Assembly (NCBI GenBank): GCA_965202585.1
Contig: OZ241826.1
Span: forward strand, 42,470,001-42,534,000
DNA from: Thalia democratica
Taxonomy: Eukaryota
Direction: 5' to 3'
Length of the DNA stretch: 64,000 nt
The notes under the pieces were generated by a model. It saw only the letters and a program-made list of their open reading frames with translations, made no database searches and had not been told where the DNA came from. Positions 47,201-60,388 of this stretch are shown here, piece after piece. Position 1 is the stretch's first letter, and every line of letters starts with the position of its first letter. Made by a program: the position numbers and the translations under genes.

Positions 47201-50200
47201 CTCTTTAACCACTAAACTTAACAGCAGTGGTTTTTACTGATAACCTGTATATATTAAAGATGAAGTTCTGGCGTGGTCCCATTAATTGATAAAGAGTTAA
47301 ATAATAAACTCTCAATTTGCAATTGTCTCATTGATATGTTAAATCTCCAGTCTTATCTTATAATGTAAAACAAATGTTTGTTTTAAACACTCTTATTAAA
47401 ATACTCATCCTTAATTTTTAATGGGTAAGTTTAAAATCGCCAACAAAGCTGACAATTTTACTTTTTTAATTTCTTAAACTAAGATAATATTGAACTGATT
47501 TTACATTGTATAAAAAATAACCTTTTTTTTATAAAGCTGTTGACTTCTAAAAATAAAAATAGAATAAATAAACGTTTAAGCTTAAATAAAAAGTAAACTG
47601 TTTCTGCAGAGTTCAATGTCATTGTAGAAACTTCATCAAGTTTGCTTTATCTTTTATCTAAAATACGGTTTCTAACCTCCATTAATAGTTGAACTCAAAT
47701 ATAATATTAACAAACCACTTTTGTCTTCGAATCATTTAGTTTGTTTTTATTTATCAATAACATCACTAAATCTTTTCAATAAGCATCTTTAGTGGAACTT
47801 TTATGTTACAATTATTTTTTAACCTTCGGGTAAAAAGATTGCAAAAAGCAGTTGTATTACTAAAATTCCTTTTATATAACCTGCTAACATTTTTTATGAT
47901 GTTTATGTAAATATCAAATTTAGCGAAGTCTGATTTTAAAAAAATATTTGAAAAAAATACTTATTGTCATTAAAGTTATAAAAGACAAAAAAAAATGATT
48001 TTAGTCATTGCAAAGTGAAATAAAATGTTTTTCAAATAATTTGCTAGAATTAAAAACTTTTATTGAGAACTAAGTTAAGTTTTGTTCAAGTTTGGTTGAA
48101 GTTATTGTTTTTGGTGTGGAGGTTTTGAAACAAAAAAACTTACTGATGTTAATTTGCTGAAACTTTCATATAACGTTTAGTTTAACTTGTTTTATTAAAT
48201 TCAGTACTATACAGATGTTTGTTGTAAAAAATATTTAGTGTTTTTTTTTTCATTCACTTTTTCAAAGTTGTTTAGATTTTCATTTTTTTCTAATGTAGAT
48301 GGTTTCTTCTAGTTAGCTTTATGTTTAAGACAAACAAAAGTTTAATATCTAAAAAATTTTATTTAAAGCAGCGTTGATAGAAAGAAGTCGTTTTGCAAAC
48401 ATTGTTTCAACGTTTAATAAATCTCAAGCATGTTCATAATATTTAGAGCAGCTAAAATAGCAAAATTAAAATTATCAAAACTAAGCTTTTATAAACAGTT
48501 TCTTTGAATTGTATTGTGATTTTAATGCTGTTTGCCATAAAAGAGTAAAAATTGTCAATAGTTTTGGGTTATTTATTTGTAATTAAGCAATTTAATAGTT
48601 TAATATCGTTGTTTTAACATAACTATTGGTATTATAAATGTAACAAAACTTGTTTTTTTTAAGAAATAAATAAATAAATATGTTTAGCAAACCTTGTTGT
48701 CTGTCAATAATTAATAAACATGACGTGTTTTTGCAAACAAAATTCTTGAAAAATGTTTAATTGTAAAAGAGTGTAACGAAGTGGAAAATACATCAATAGA
48801 ACCCACATCCATTGTGTATTACAAAGCAAATAAAATCCACATGGTACATTGACGTCAAAGTTAATTAAATTACTAAAACTCAAGTAAAAAATCGGCTCTT
48901 TCCCCGTAAACAACGAAGCTTAGGAAACTAATCTTGCCTAAGTTTCAGTATCCGGAATAACAACTGAATTTAATTTTGAAAAAGAAGACATAAATGAAAC
49001 TGAGTATTACACGTTGACAAACTAACATATAAATAAGTATTGCAGCGAAAAAGCGACTAAAATTCTTTGAATTGAAATAAAAAATATAAAACAAGCTTAA
49101 TAGCAGAAATGTGTGATAGAAAATCACATTTTTATTTAGACAGTGGTAAAAATACTGTGTTTTGTCTACGTTTTTATTTGTGTCTTTTAAGTTTCGTAGA
49201 CGGATATGAGTTATTGTAAAAATAATAAGTAAGTCTGCACATAAGAAACGAGAATATTTTTTAGCTTTTTATAAAAATAAGACAATTTTTTGTCATATTT
49301 ATATCAATCAGTTGAATTGGTGGTGATGATGTGTGTCATTACTCATAAGTATGTAAGATTTAAATAAATATGCTTCATTAAGTGTTAAGATACTTGTTTG
49401 TGTTCTTAATGTTAACTTGTTTTTAATTGTAGTTTAAGTCTAGCTTTTCATGTGTGCATTTATCTTTAAATGTTTTTAGCTTGTTAATAAAATATAAATG
49501 TTAATGTTTCTTTTAGTTAATCTAGATATTACTATATCCTTATCTCCCCTTTTACCCCTATAATTAAACTACGTGTTTACAGTGTTACCTACTGATATTT
49601 CATGTATAAAATTACTCTTTTAAGCTCAAAAAATAAACTTTAAGTGTATAACTTGCATATTTTTCTAAAATAAAAAAACCTTTACACACTCATCACAGTC
49701 CTTTTGAAACTGTCCATTGTAGTTGACTGAACATGGTGCAAGTTTATCTCTTTTTTGAGAATTTTTTTTAATATGTTTATTTATATGAGTAAGTTAAAAA
49801 TCAACAATCAATACAGTGAAGAAGGTGATTAAAATTTGTCTCGATTAAATTTTTAACATAATGTTGTACACCAAATATATCAATAATAGGGTGATTTCCT
49901 TTATTTTATTTGCAAACAAATAGAAATGTCGAAGAAAAAAATCGATTACAGTCAAAAAGATCTGAATTCAAAAACGATTTATAACGTATTTATAAGTGTT
50001 TTTGAAATGTGCAAAACATAAGTAAATTAAATTTTGGTATAGTCAGTAGTTTTCAAATTAAAATGTATCAACATTCAAAGTCTTAAAATATAAAATAATC
50101 TTACAAATTTTAATTTTTTTTTTGTCATTAACAGTTTTATCTTTATATAATCTATTTAATATATATTTATTTAAGAAATCTAAACTATCGTTTATAAAAA

Positions 50201-53200
50201 AAAGGAGTAATTTTTGTAATATATATTACGAGACAAACTTTTTTTTTTAGTAAAACATGTTGCTACGCGATTGTTCTAATTTTTAAGGACTTGCGTATTT
50301 TTTGAGTCAAAATAAGATCTAGCACGAATTTTGCACGAAAAAAAAAAGTTTTTATTGAAAAAAAGAATCATAAATCCAAACTTTATCAGCTTTTCAGCAA
50401 AAATGCAGCAATGAAAACTTATAGACAAAAAAATTGCAGCAATATAAATAGTTGCACATATGTTCAAAGGCTGTTTCTGAATTGTTACAGCCACTAAACA
50501 AAAATTATATAAATCAAATTAGATAAACCTTTTACGTATCTTTTTAACAATCCTTGTTACATTAACTCAAGCTAATTTGATCAGAAAAATAATTCAGAGG
50601 GAAATTACAAAACAGTAAAAATCTTTTACATTGCTGTTTATCTTTTTTCTGGTATTATTGATGATTTGTTAGATGATTCTGGTATAATTCAGTAAAAGAT
50701 TGTCTTGCTGAACTATTTTATTGGATTATTTAAAAAAATAGACGGGAGAAAACTTAATAACAGCTTTCACAATACTCAACGCGATTATTTTTAAACTTAA
50801 ACTATTAACGTTTAAGGCGAATAATTTACTGATTATTAGCTAGATGTTACTTTTTTTTTTGTTACTGTCTACACGCTCTAAAGTTGTAAACAAGTGCTTA
50901 TTATCAAGATACTGTACATTGCATTGTTTTTTGTTTTTTTGCAAAAGTGTAAGCAACACTATCATATTCTCGAACCGAACAACGAAACATTATCATTATT
51001 CAGTGAAAAAGTTATATAACAAAGCAACGCAGTTTTTTTCAATTATTTAATTTTCACCCTATAGTACTATTTTCAAATCCTCTTGACTATGATTCTCCTT
51101 AAGTTTTGCATAACCATCTTTAAACATTTTTATATTAGTATATACTCATATATTTAATTTATATTTTATAGCAAAGTACAGTTACCTTTACTTAAGCTTT
51201 TATGAATTAATGACACTTTAAAGTTACACAGCAACTATCTTTTTTAACCCATTGTAGCCATTTGTTACATTTCTACTCAATTTTTACTTTAAAATTACTT
51301 ATATAATTGTTAACTATTTTTATAGAAGTTCATTTTTAAAAATATGTACGTACGATATAATTAGTAACAACTAGAATTTATCAAAATTTTTCTTTTTATG
51401 ATGTAATATATAAAACGTGTTTTCAAAGTCATATGGAAGAAAAAAAAGTAAAGTTTGACACTTGTAGCTCTGTGTTATTAAATAAAAGTAATCCTTGATA
51501 AACTTAAGACTGTTTTAACAATAAAAAAATAAAAATTATTAAGAAATTGTTTATGCTTAATTTTATTCTCTTAAATTCAATTTTACTTCAGCTTAAAATT
51601 TGCGACTTTGAAATACGATGTATATGTATATACTTTTTGGTGTGAAATAAAATACCGATTCTAATTTAAAAAATGAAATTAAAATATACGTGTAAATACC
51701 TTAAGCAAACCTTTTTATTTTTATTTATTTTATTTATTAAGCCACATGCTTACAGATGTTATCATTACGTAAATACTTCGTGTGCTATTGCAATATAAAA
51801 AAATACTATTATGTGTTAAAATAACTACTAATAAATTTACCATTAATAAGTACTTGGCTTTTTTTTTTGTTGTACAATCAATTTTTATTCATATTTTGGT
51901 CTCAGTCTGTCAAATGTTTTTGATAAATGGTTTTAAAGGTGAAATTAAAACTACTTCTTTAGTTTGATTATATCTTACAGAAATAGAAGTTCTAGCTTAT
52001 AGACTTTTGCTGCATTTTTTTTTGATAAAGTTTTAACCTAATTTTTTATCAGCCGTTAATATTAATCAATATAAAAAGAAAAATTTTGTTGCTTCAGCAT
52101 CTCTTTTTAAATCTTAAAAAAATATCTGCGCTAGCCATTAAACTCGAAACAGTATTCTCTAGAAATAAAACGATTTTGACTGATTGGATGATTAGCATAG
52201 AAACCAAACAGCGTTGGTTTAAAACCTATAAAACCAAACTTTTTACGTAAATGATGCTTTTTTACTAACCTTTATAAACTACGCATTTTTGCAGAAAGAA
52301 ATGACACGTGGTAAAAGATATTAATAAAAAATGTTTTATCTGGTTTAAAGTAGTTGCTGAGTTAAAAATACTATTTGATGTTTTAGTTAGTTTTCACATT
52401 TTTTAAGTAGTTGTAATGTACTGGTTAAAGTATTTAAAGTAGAATCTGAAAGTATAGTGTCAAACAGATTCTATATAAGTTTCATTATAAAACTTCTATA
52501 ATCTGCTACATACCAAGAAACACTTGGCTTACTTTAAATAAAAACTAATTATACATACTTTTTAGGTATTTGATTTGCTCAACTAAAAAATAAAATTAAT
52601 TTTTTATAGCTAGACTCTTTTATGTCATTTTTCATTTCCAGGCTTTTCAAATTTGATCTGTGACTAATTGTTTTCAAGTATTACAACCACCAAGAAACCA
52701 ATTAAATCCCGCAAAATGTAAATTTTCCCAATAAAAGTAAAACATTTACGTAAACTTCAAACTTGCTTTGAAAATTTAATGCATTTTATCTAAATCAAAG
52801 GATTTTTTTTGCATAAGTGACATGACATTTGTAAACACAACAAAAGTTAGATTTCACAGGTATTACGTCTCTAGTTTTTAAAGCTTACTGTATTGCCTTT
52901 AAAAATGTTTAAGCTCTTTATAAATTGTAGGTAAATACTTTTTAAAGCATTTTACTTTTGGTATGATAAATAATTAAATTATTTGGCAAACTTTAAGGAA
53001 CATATCTTTAGAGGTTTTAAAAATTATCAATGAATTGATTTGTTTTAAAGTTCAAGGTTTGCAAAACGAATGTACTAAAACTAAATGTAATATTTTACTT
53101 CTAAGTTTTATTTCTTTTCATTATAAGATTAGTTTTCAGTTGATTGTATCTTTTATCAAGTACTTCTATTTTTGGATTTACTAATTTTGGTATAATGCTT

Positions 53201-55832
53201 CATGAAGCATACCGTCTACTTAACACGTTACAAACGAAGCTACACTTTGCTATTTTGTTCAAGACTCAAAAAATTATTTGTTAAAGCAATGTTTTAAAGA
53301 TGAAAAGATAGAAAAATTTAAAGCTACAATACTATCATTTATATTTCGTTAAAAAGTCTAAATTTTGTGGAGGTTCAAGCTTCTGATTAAAAGTAGTGTA
53401 CAATTTAAACTTTCAAAGCAAAAACAAGACAGTACAACTTCACATCCTATTTTTGTCAATATGGCACTTGAAACTCTTATACAAAACTCAATGACGACAT
53501 TATTAAATATAACTAGATTTTAAACATAGAATGTATTGTGGATTTGCTTTATAGTTTTACTAATTAAAACCAACTCAAACTAAGAGTAAATTTTAGTTTT
53601 ATTTAAAACTTGTTTAACTCCGTATATATTGTTTATTATTTAAAACTATAATATAACTGAGGCAGAAAAAAGGTTCAAATAAAACAAATTGTTAAAACTT
53701 TCTTACTGAAATTTTATTTTAAGTTAATTTATTCTTTATCTAAATTTACTAGCTTTAAGTTATAAAACTATAAATTTAGTTTAGTATACTACTTCAAGAA
53801 AAGAAATTTACAAAATTGCAGTACTAAAATTTACTTTTAAATTAAGTTTTAAAAAACCTATAAATTTTAAAGCAAAAAGTAAATGAACTATTTAATTAAA
53901 AAATACAAAAACCTTAACAAATAACTTAGCTGTAACTACTCGAATGATTGTTTTGAGAAAATATTTTTAAAACTATTTTTTAATTTAAAGTTCAATTAAT
54001 CATTCTAAGCTGCATCTAAACATGCAATATTTAAGTTGGAAATTTTTGAAGTGTACGTCTGCAGTTAATTACTATATTTAAAAAATTCTAATATAGAAAA
54101 ATTGAAGTATGTTCTTAATCCGGTTACTACGCAATTAAATGAAAATAAAATTTATTGACTAAATCGGAAATTTATAAACATGTTTTATTCTAAAAACGAT
54201 AATTGAAATTCGTTAAGTATTTTATTTTTAACATTAAGTTAATTTTTAACTTAAAGTTTTAAATAAAGCCGTAAAAATAGTTAAGAGTATATTCAAACTT
54301 TAGAACATGTTCATTTTGTAATACCAATATATAATTATGATAATAATATGAAATAATAAAAAGTTTAAATTTGCGGACAGTAGTTTTTCTTTTTTTGGAT
54401 TTTGTTAAAAAGCTGTTTAAAATGTCAAAGTACAGCTTCTAAAAATAATTATAAATATAAAAAGTATACATCACAAACTTTGCAAGGTTTTGAAAAGCCA
54501 TGCAAACATTTTAAATACATGTTTGTTTACCTAATGTATCTTTGTTTGAACAATGATGAGTTTAAGTACTAAAACCTTTTTTTAGTATATTCATTATAAA
54601 CCGTATTTCAAAAATCGCTATAAAACTTTGCCGATGTTTATAGTCATAGTATTTTTATTAACAATTTGTTTTTAAACAGATTATTTTTTATATTTAAGAT
54701 TGGTTTTACAATTTCAGAATTAAATTTATTAGTACTTATTTTCGTACTTTATAACCATTGAAAAAACATTTAAATACTAAGACTAATTTTCTTACTCTGT
54801 AGGCAATAAGTTTTTATAAACATATAAACTAATTACTAGCAAGTAGAGTTCCTTCATAATTAACGCTTTTACTTCTAAGTAAAAGTACTATTAAGCATAA
54901 AATCAGCAAAAACAAATATTTTTGTGCAGCTTTTAATAACACGTGACATAATTAAATATTTTGAGAGTCACTTGAACTGTTGTTGAAATCTGTGTTTGCT
55001 TAATCTGCATGCAACTGTTTTCTATCAAAATTATGATAGTAGCTGATTGTTTTTATTTTAAATGTTCTATTAAAAATTTGACGGTAGCTATTTTTTTTAT
55101 GTTTTGCTAGATATTTTTTAGTAGTAACAAACCTTTCTAGTTTTTATCAAAAATAAATACTAAGTGAACGTGTATGTATTTTTTTCATTTATAATTTATG
55201 CAACTTTTGTTAATAGAGAAGGTTTTTAAAAGTTTTTGTAATAAAAGTTTAGTTAGTAGTTGCTCCTTTAAGAATACAAGTATTTTTGGTATAAGGTTCA
55301 ATATTTAGAGTTTTTATTTTAGAGAATTTTGTTTTTGCTAGAAATATTATAACAAAACACAAACTTTTAATAAATTTTAAGTCTAATGATTTAAAGTTTT
55401 TTGGTAAATGTGCATCAATTTATATTTATTATATGTTTTGTTTTAAAGTTAATTTTTAGTGCTCTATACTTTAATAAAAATTTAAAGCATAGATTATATT
55501 TAATATATAGATTCTTTAAAATTGAAAACATATAACTTTGTTACCAAATAATTTTTAACAAAATAAATAAAATTATATTTTTAATCCAAGTGTTTTATTT
55601 AATTCCACAAACTTTAAAATACACAAGTTCTTCAAAACTAAAAATTCTTTTAATTTTCATCCTTACTTACAAAACGTATAACAGTAAATTATTTTTACAT
55701 AACATAGTTTAATTTAAAATAAAAAAAACATAAAATTAAGTTAACTAGATGAAAACAAACTTTTCCTAGCTGCAAATTTATCAATACATCTTTAAAAAGA
55801 CTAGTGCAATTATAAAAACTTGAGTTAAAAAA

Positions 55833-56609
55833 ATGGACGACTTCCAAGCGTGCTGCCGAATCTGCCAGTGTCCTGACGCCAACGAGCTAATCACTCCTTG
55901 CAAGTGCAGAGGAACCATCCACTTCGTGCACCAGCAGTGCTTGTTGAAATGGTGCAGGACGCGGGAGAAGCCGTGGAAGTGCGAGCTGTGCCAGCACAAG
56001 TTCAGAACCAAAGAAGTTTACAAGAACATTTTCGCGAGAACATCACTAATCTTCACAGAGCTGGCTTCGTTTCTGCTATGCGCCTCCTTTTCCTTGGCGA
56101 TTTCTGTTAACTTGGTTTTGCTCTTACTTAAGCAGCCGCTGGCCTACTTGGTCACCGCGGACGACATAGAAAAGAACTTTGCATTTTTATCATGGTTCGT
56201 TCTGATCTGCTTCTTCTACTGGGTCCTGAACGACCTCTTCTCTTCTGCATTGAAGTTCAGCGCCAAGGTGGACGTCAGAAGCACCATGATCAAGTTCTTC
56301 TCCAGCGTCATGTCCATACTCGTGGCCTTTTCCCTGATCAACTTCGTGAACTTCGCGCAGTTGAGCGTGAGTGAAGTGGACGTGAAAAGGCAGAACGTGT
56401 TTACTTGCTTAATAGAAGACAGAATTTGCGTTGTTTTGAACCACGTCAAGTTCGCTTTGATGGCTGTGGCGTTGGCGTTTGTAGTTTTGCTCTGCAGGGA
56501 TTTTGTAAAGTTGCTGTTTGAGCTGAGGCAGTCTTTTTCGTCACGCGTGAAAAATGAGTTTTATTCCCGTGAATGGAAGACTGTAATGTTTTTGGCTTAT
56601 AAAGACTGA
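55833..56609 (+). CDS. RING-CH (C4HC3) membrane-associated E3 ubiquitin ligase, MARCH-like, 258 aa, intronless
   Basis: C8-x2-C11-x11-C23-x-C25-x7-H33-x2-C36-x3-W-x9-C50-x2-C53. Four hydrophobic stretches (about aa 71-99, 116-141, 153-177, 199-224); AAAATGG start; GC3-rich. Confidence 0.9.
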   Translation: MDDFQACCRICQCPDANELITPCKCRGTIHFVHQQCLLKWCRTREKPWKCELCQHKFRTKEVYKNIFARTSLIFTELASFLLCASFSLAISVNLVLLLLKQPLAYLVTADDIEKNFAFLSWFVLICFFYWVLNDLFSSALKFSAKVDVRSTMIKFFSSVMSILVAFSLINFVNFAQLSVSEVDVKRQNVFTCLIEDRICVVLNHVKFALMAVALAFVVLLCRDFVKLLFELRQSFSSRVKNEFYSREWKTVMFLAYKD

Positions 56610-58454
56610 AAGCACAAAACTTCATATAGCAAGTAGTGAAAATGAACTTTTTATAACAAAGTTTTTACTCTGTTTATTCTGTTCAGTTTCTTTTTTGTTT
56701 AATTAATAATTTATAGACAATTTCACATAATTTTTCAGCTTTAGATTTTTGTTTATCAACTTGCAATTGATCTTAGAATCCTTTTTTTTAAGATTAAAAA
56801 CACCTCTTTAGTTTCTAAATTGCTTATTGTGTTTAAAATTTTTTATTTGTTTTTAACTTTTCTCGCTTAGTTAAATTTATACTGTGAAATACGAACATTA
56901 TGCTAAAATCTTCATTTATTTATTACCTATCTTTATGCAAAAATTGTATATGAGAGTGTTTTACATATTTAAGTTTTGTATTTTGGAAATATTTCACAAC
57001 TGCTAGTTTATAGTTTTATTTTTCTTTATATTGAATACATGCACGCATTATTCATTAAACAAAAATTATTGCATATTTTTATTTTACTTAAACAAAATTT
57101 TTTAGACTCTATTAAAATTTAATTATCGACTGTCTTAGATTTTTTTGTTTATATATTAACAAACTATTTTATCTGACTAAAAATGAAGCCATTACAAACT
57201 AACATATGTACCATATATGCGCTTTACTATTTATTAAAGCTTGGTAACCACTCTTTAGCAAAAGTTTATATACTTTAAAATATTTTATTTTAAAAACTAC
57301 TTACTTTACATAACACATTTGAATTCCTCTGTTAGTTTATTTTTTACTGATACTAAACTTATTTTTTTTTTTTTTTTTTTATAAATCTATTTAAATTTCT
57401 TAAACTGTTTAGCTTTATTAAAGACATAATTAAGTGAAATTATAAAAAAATATCTCATTTTTCTACTACATTGTATAAAACTTAAATTTATAAAAATTAT
57501 ACAAAATTAAAATGCAATTTTCACAAAATCGTTATAGTAATATATTTAAAATTTATTTTAGAATATAAGGAGCTACAAAAATAATTTGTTTAACAATAAA
57601 ATACTATAAACAATAAAAAACAAATTAAAATTTATTTTATTTCAATTTGTACCTTTAAGAAGTGTAAATAAAAAACCCAACTTATAGGACTATGTGATTC
57701 TTAATTTATTTTACGTATTTCAAACAAACTTAATATGATTATAACATATATGCTTTAAGAGTTCACTCAAAAGTAGATTTGATTTATAAAACCAACGTCT
57801 AATTTTTTTGAAGTTATAATTATTGTTTGTTTTTTCTGCTACAAATTGAATGATCAATTTTTTTTTGATATACTTTAAAAATAAACATAGACTATATGTT
57901 TAATTTTTCCTGTTATCCTACATAGACTTAAAGATAGAAGCTTTTATATCAATTCCTTTTAACTAACCACTAAATATTTTAATATGTCTGTTGTATCATA
58001 TTTTGTTTGCTTTTAAAATAGTTTTGTGGGTAGACTTATCTAGTTGATGTTCAAAAAAAACTAACTATAATAATTTTTAATAAATAAAATATTCTATTGT
58101 TTAATAAACAAATGTGTAAACTAATATTTAATACACTGATATAACAGGATATATACATTAATTTTAGCTGTACTCTAGTTTAATACATAATGCAAATAAA
58201 TGAGTTTAGAAAACCAATTTTAATTTTATATGATGTCAAATATAAAGATTGCTTGCATTTTCCAAAGCTGCTAGTATAATATTTTATGTTGTCGAAAAAG
58301 TATTCGTATCAAAAGATTTCTAAAAAAGTTAATATTTATAAAAAGCTTAGAAGTTACTAAAAGAAACTATATTAAAGTTTATATTTTTAAAAGTCTTGTG
58401 TAATTTGGAAACCAAATGAGTAATAGTGCTCAATCTTGAAATAGAGAGCTAAAT

Positions 58455-58508
58455 TAATTAATAATTTATTGACAAAAATTGCAATTTTTGTCAATAAATT
58501 ATTAATTA
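58455..58508. repeat. Perfect spacer-less 54-bp palindrome
   Basis: TAATTAATAATTTATTGACAAAAATTG|CAATTTTTGTCAATAAATTATTAATTA; all 27 pairs checked. Confidence 0.95.
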
Positions 58509-60388
58509 TTTTTAAAGGTCTAGATATTTTTTTAAATATATTATAAAGAAAGTTAATATTAAACTTTAGACTAGATTAAACCTTTATTTTTTGTTTTTAT
58601 TTATATGGGTTAAGTTAAGTGTGTTTTTTTTTTTTTTTTTCGGTCTTCAGTTTAAAATTTAGTGCGATTAAAAACAGCATTTATTTAAAAGAGGTTTTCG
58701 AAAAGTTGGTACTTGTTCACGTACGTTTTCAAAACTAAGCTATATGTTTTTTAGTTTGTATTAAAAAGCAAATAAAAAGGTCTTAAACATAACTTATGGG
58801 AGACTTGAAATTTACACTAGATATTCTTGGGTTTATAAAGATTGGGGGCGATCATCTTTAATTTTCTAAAAATGTGTCGTTCATAAAAGTTTTAGTTTGG
58901 AATTCTTATGAAAAGAAGTTTTGGAAACCAAAATTTTATGCTTTGTTAATTTTTCGAATAATAAGAGTTGCATTTTAATCAATTATTTTATTTCAAATCA
59001 TCACACAGTTTAGGTAATTACATTATATTTACAAATTATATCTCAAAAGTATAACAACTTGTAAAAGTGTTACTTACAGAGTTATGCTTTTAACTAAAAT
59101 TTACAGGATTAACAACATGATAATATTTTCAACAACATTACTAAATAGTGTTTATATAAATTAATTTAATTAGAAACATCGTTATTACAACAAACAAATG
59201 CTATTACTAAACATTAAACTCTTCCTTTAACTATATATTGTTTATTGAACGATAGAAAAAGCGCTCAAAATGATTGGTCTAAGGACTTGCTGTACAAAAT
59301 AACCTTTTGATTATCGATTCGTACACAACAACTAATAAGTGGCTTGTTAATAATACTAAACTCTAAATTACAAAACAGTTGTAGTATGTGATGTGCTACC
59401 CCACTTAAAGTTTTTATAGCAACCAAGCAGCGAACTATAGAATATGTTTAGTATAGCTTACATAAAAGTAAGTATAAGAATAAACTCGTAACAAATTGTT
59501 TATAATGTTTTTATGTTTTTTTTATAACTTTAGTTTCTTCAACTGATACAGGCAAAATGTTATTTTACTTACTACTTAGTATATACTCTGTTAGTATAAC
59601 TTAACTTAGAATTAATTCAAATACGAACTACATTTATTTATTTAGTTTAATGTATAATTAGTAAAGTTATAACTAAAATTGTAATTTAGCTTTAAAATTA
59701 AATTATTATAAAATTCACTTATACTATTAACCGTATAAAATGATTATAGTTTATATTGAATATTATAGTATTGATAATGTTGTCTTGATATTATTGTAGT
59801 AAAAGTATCATATACCATTTTACTTACCTTCAGCTATATTAATTAATAAAACTATATAAAAAATTCGCATTGAAAGAAAAAAACATTCTAAAGTTAAAAT
59901 CATAAAACGTTTTAGTTAATAAAAATAGTATCAAGTACAATTGAGTAACAAAAAAAGTAACACACTTTGAACACTACCTAAAGGTGTGTACACATGAAGA
60001 ATTAATAATGTTAATTGATAATTGCAATTTTAAGATCAAGTTTTAGGCTTATATTACAAAATATATTCAAAATTCGTTAGATACCGTTAAAAACTGTTTT
60101 ACTTAAGTTCCAAAGCGCCTTTATTTAAATCAAAAGATCAAAAAATAGGTCTTCTATAGTTTTAAGAAGTAAAACTAAGAACACTAAACATTTGAAACCA
60201 ACAACAAATCAAAAGTTCTCATACTTATTACTAGACAAAATTGAAAGGTGAACTGTATTAGGTTAAAAAAAAGCAATTAATTTATAATAGGTGTGATTAT
60301 TTTAAACTTTTCTACCCACATAAAAACACATATTCAAAACTTTATTTGAGGTATAAGCGTGCAACCAAATTTGTGTGTACCAGTATAT

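Noticed and set aside
48704-51967. Short F/I/L/K-rich ORFs in the track (48704, 48945, 50276, 50844, 51782; also 18461, 29029, 36985)
   Set aside because: Composition expected from AT-rich non-coding DNA; no domains and no GC3 signal.
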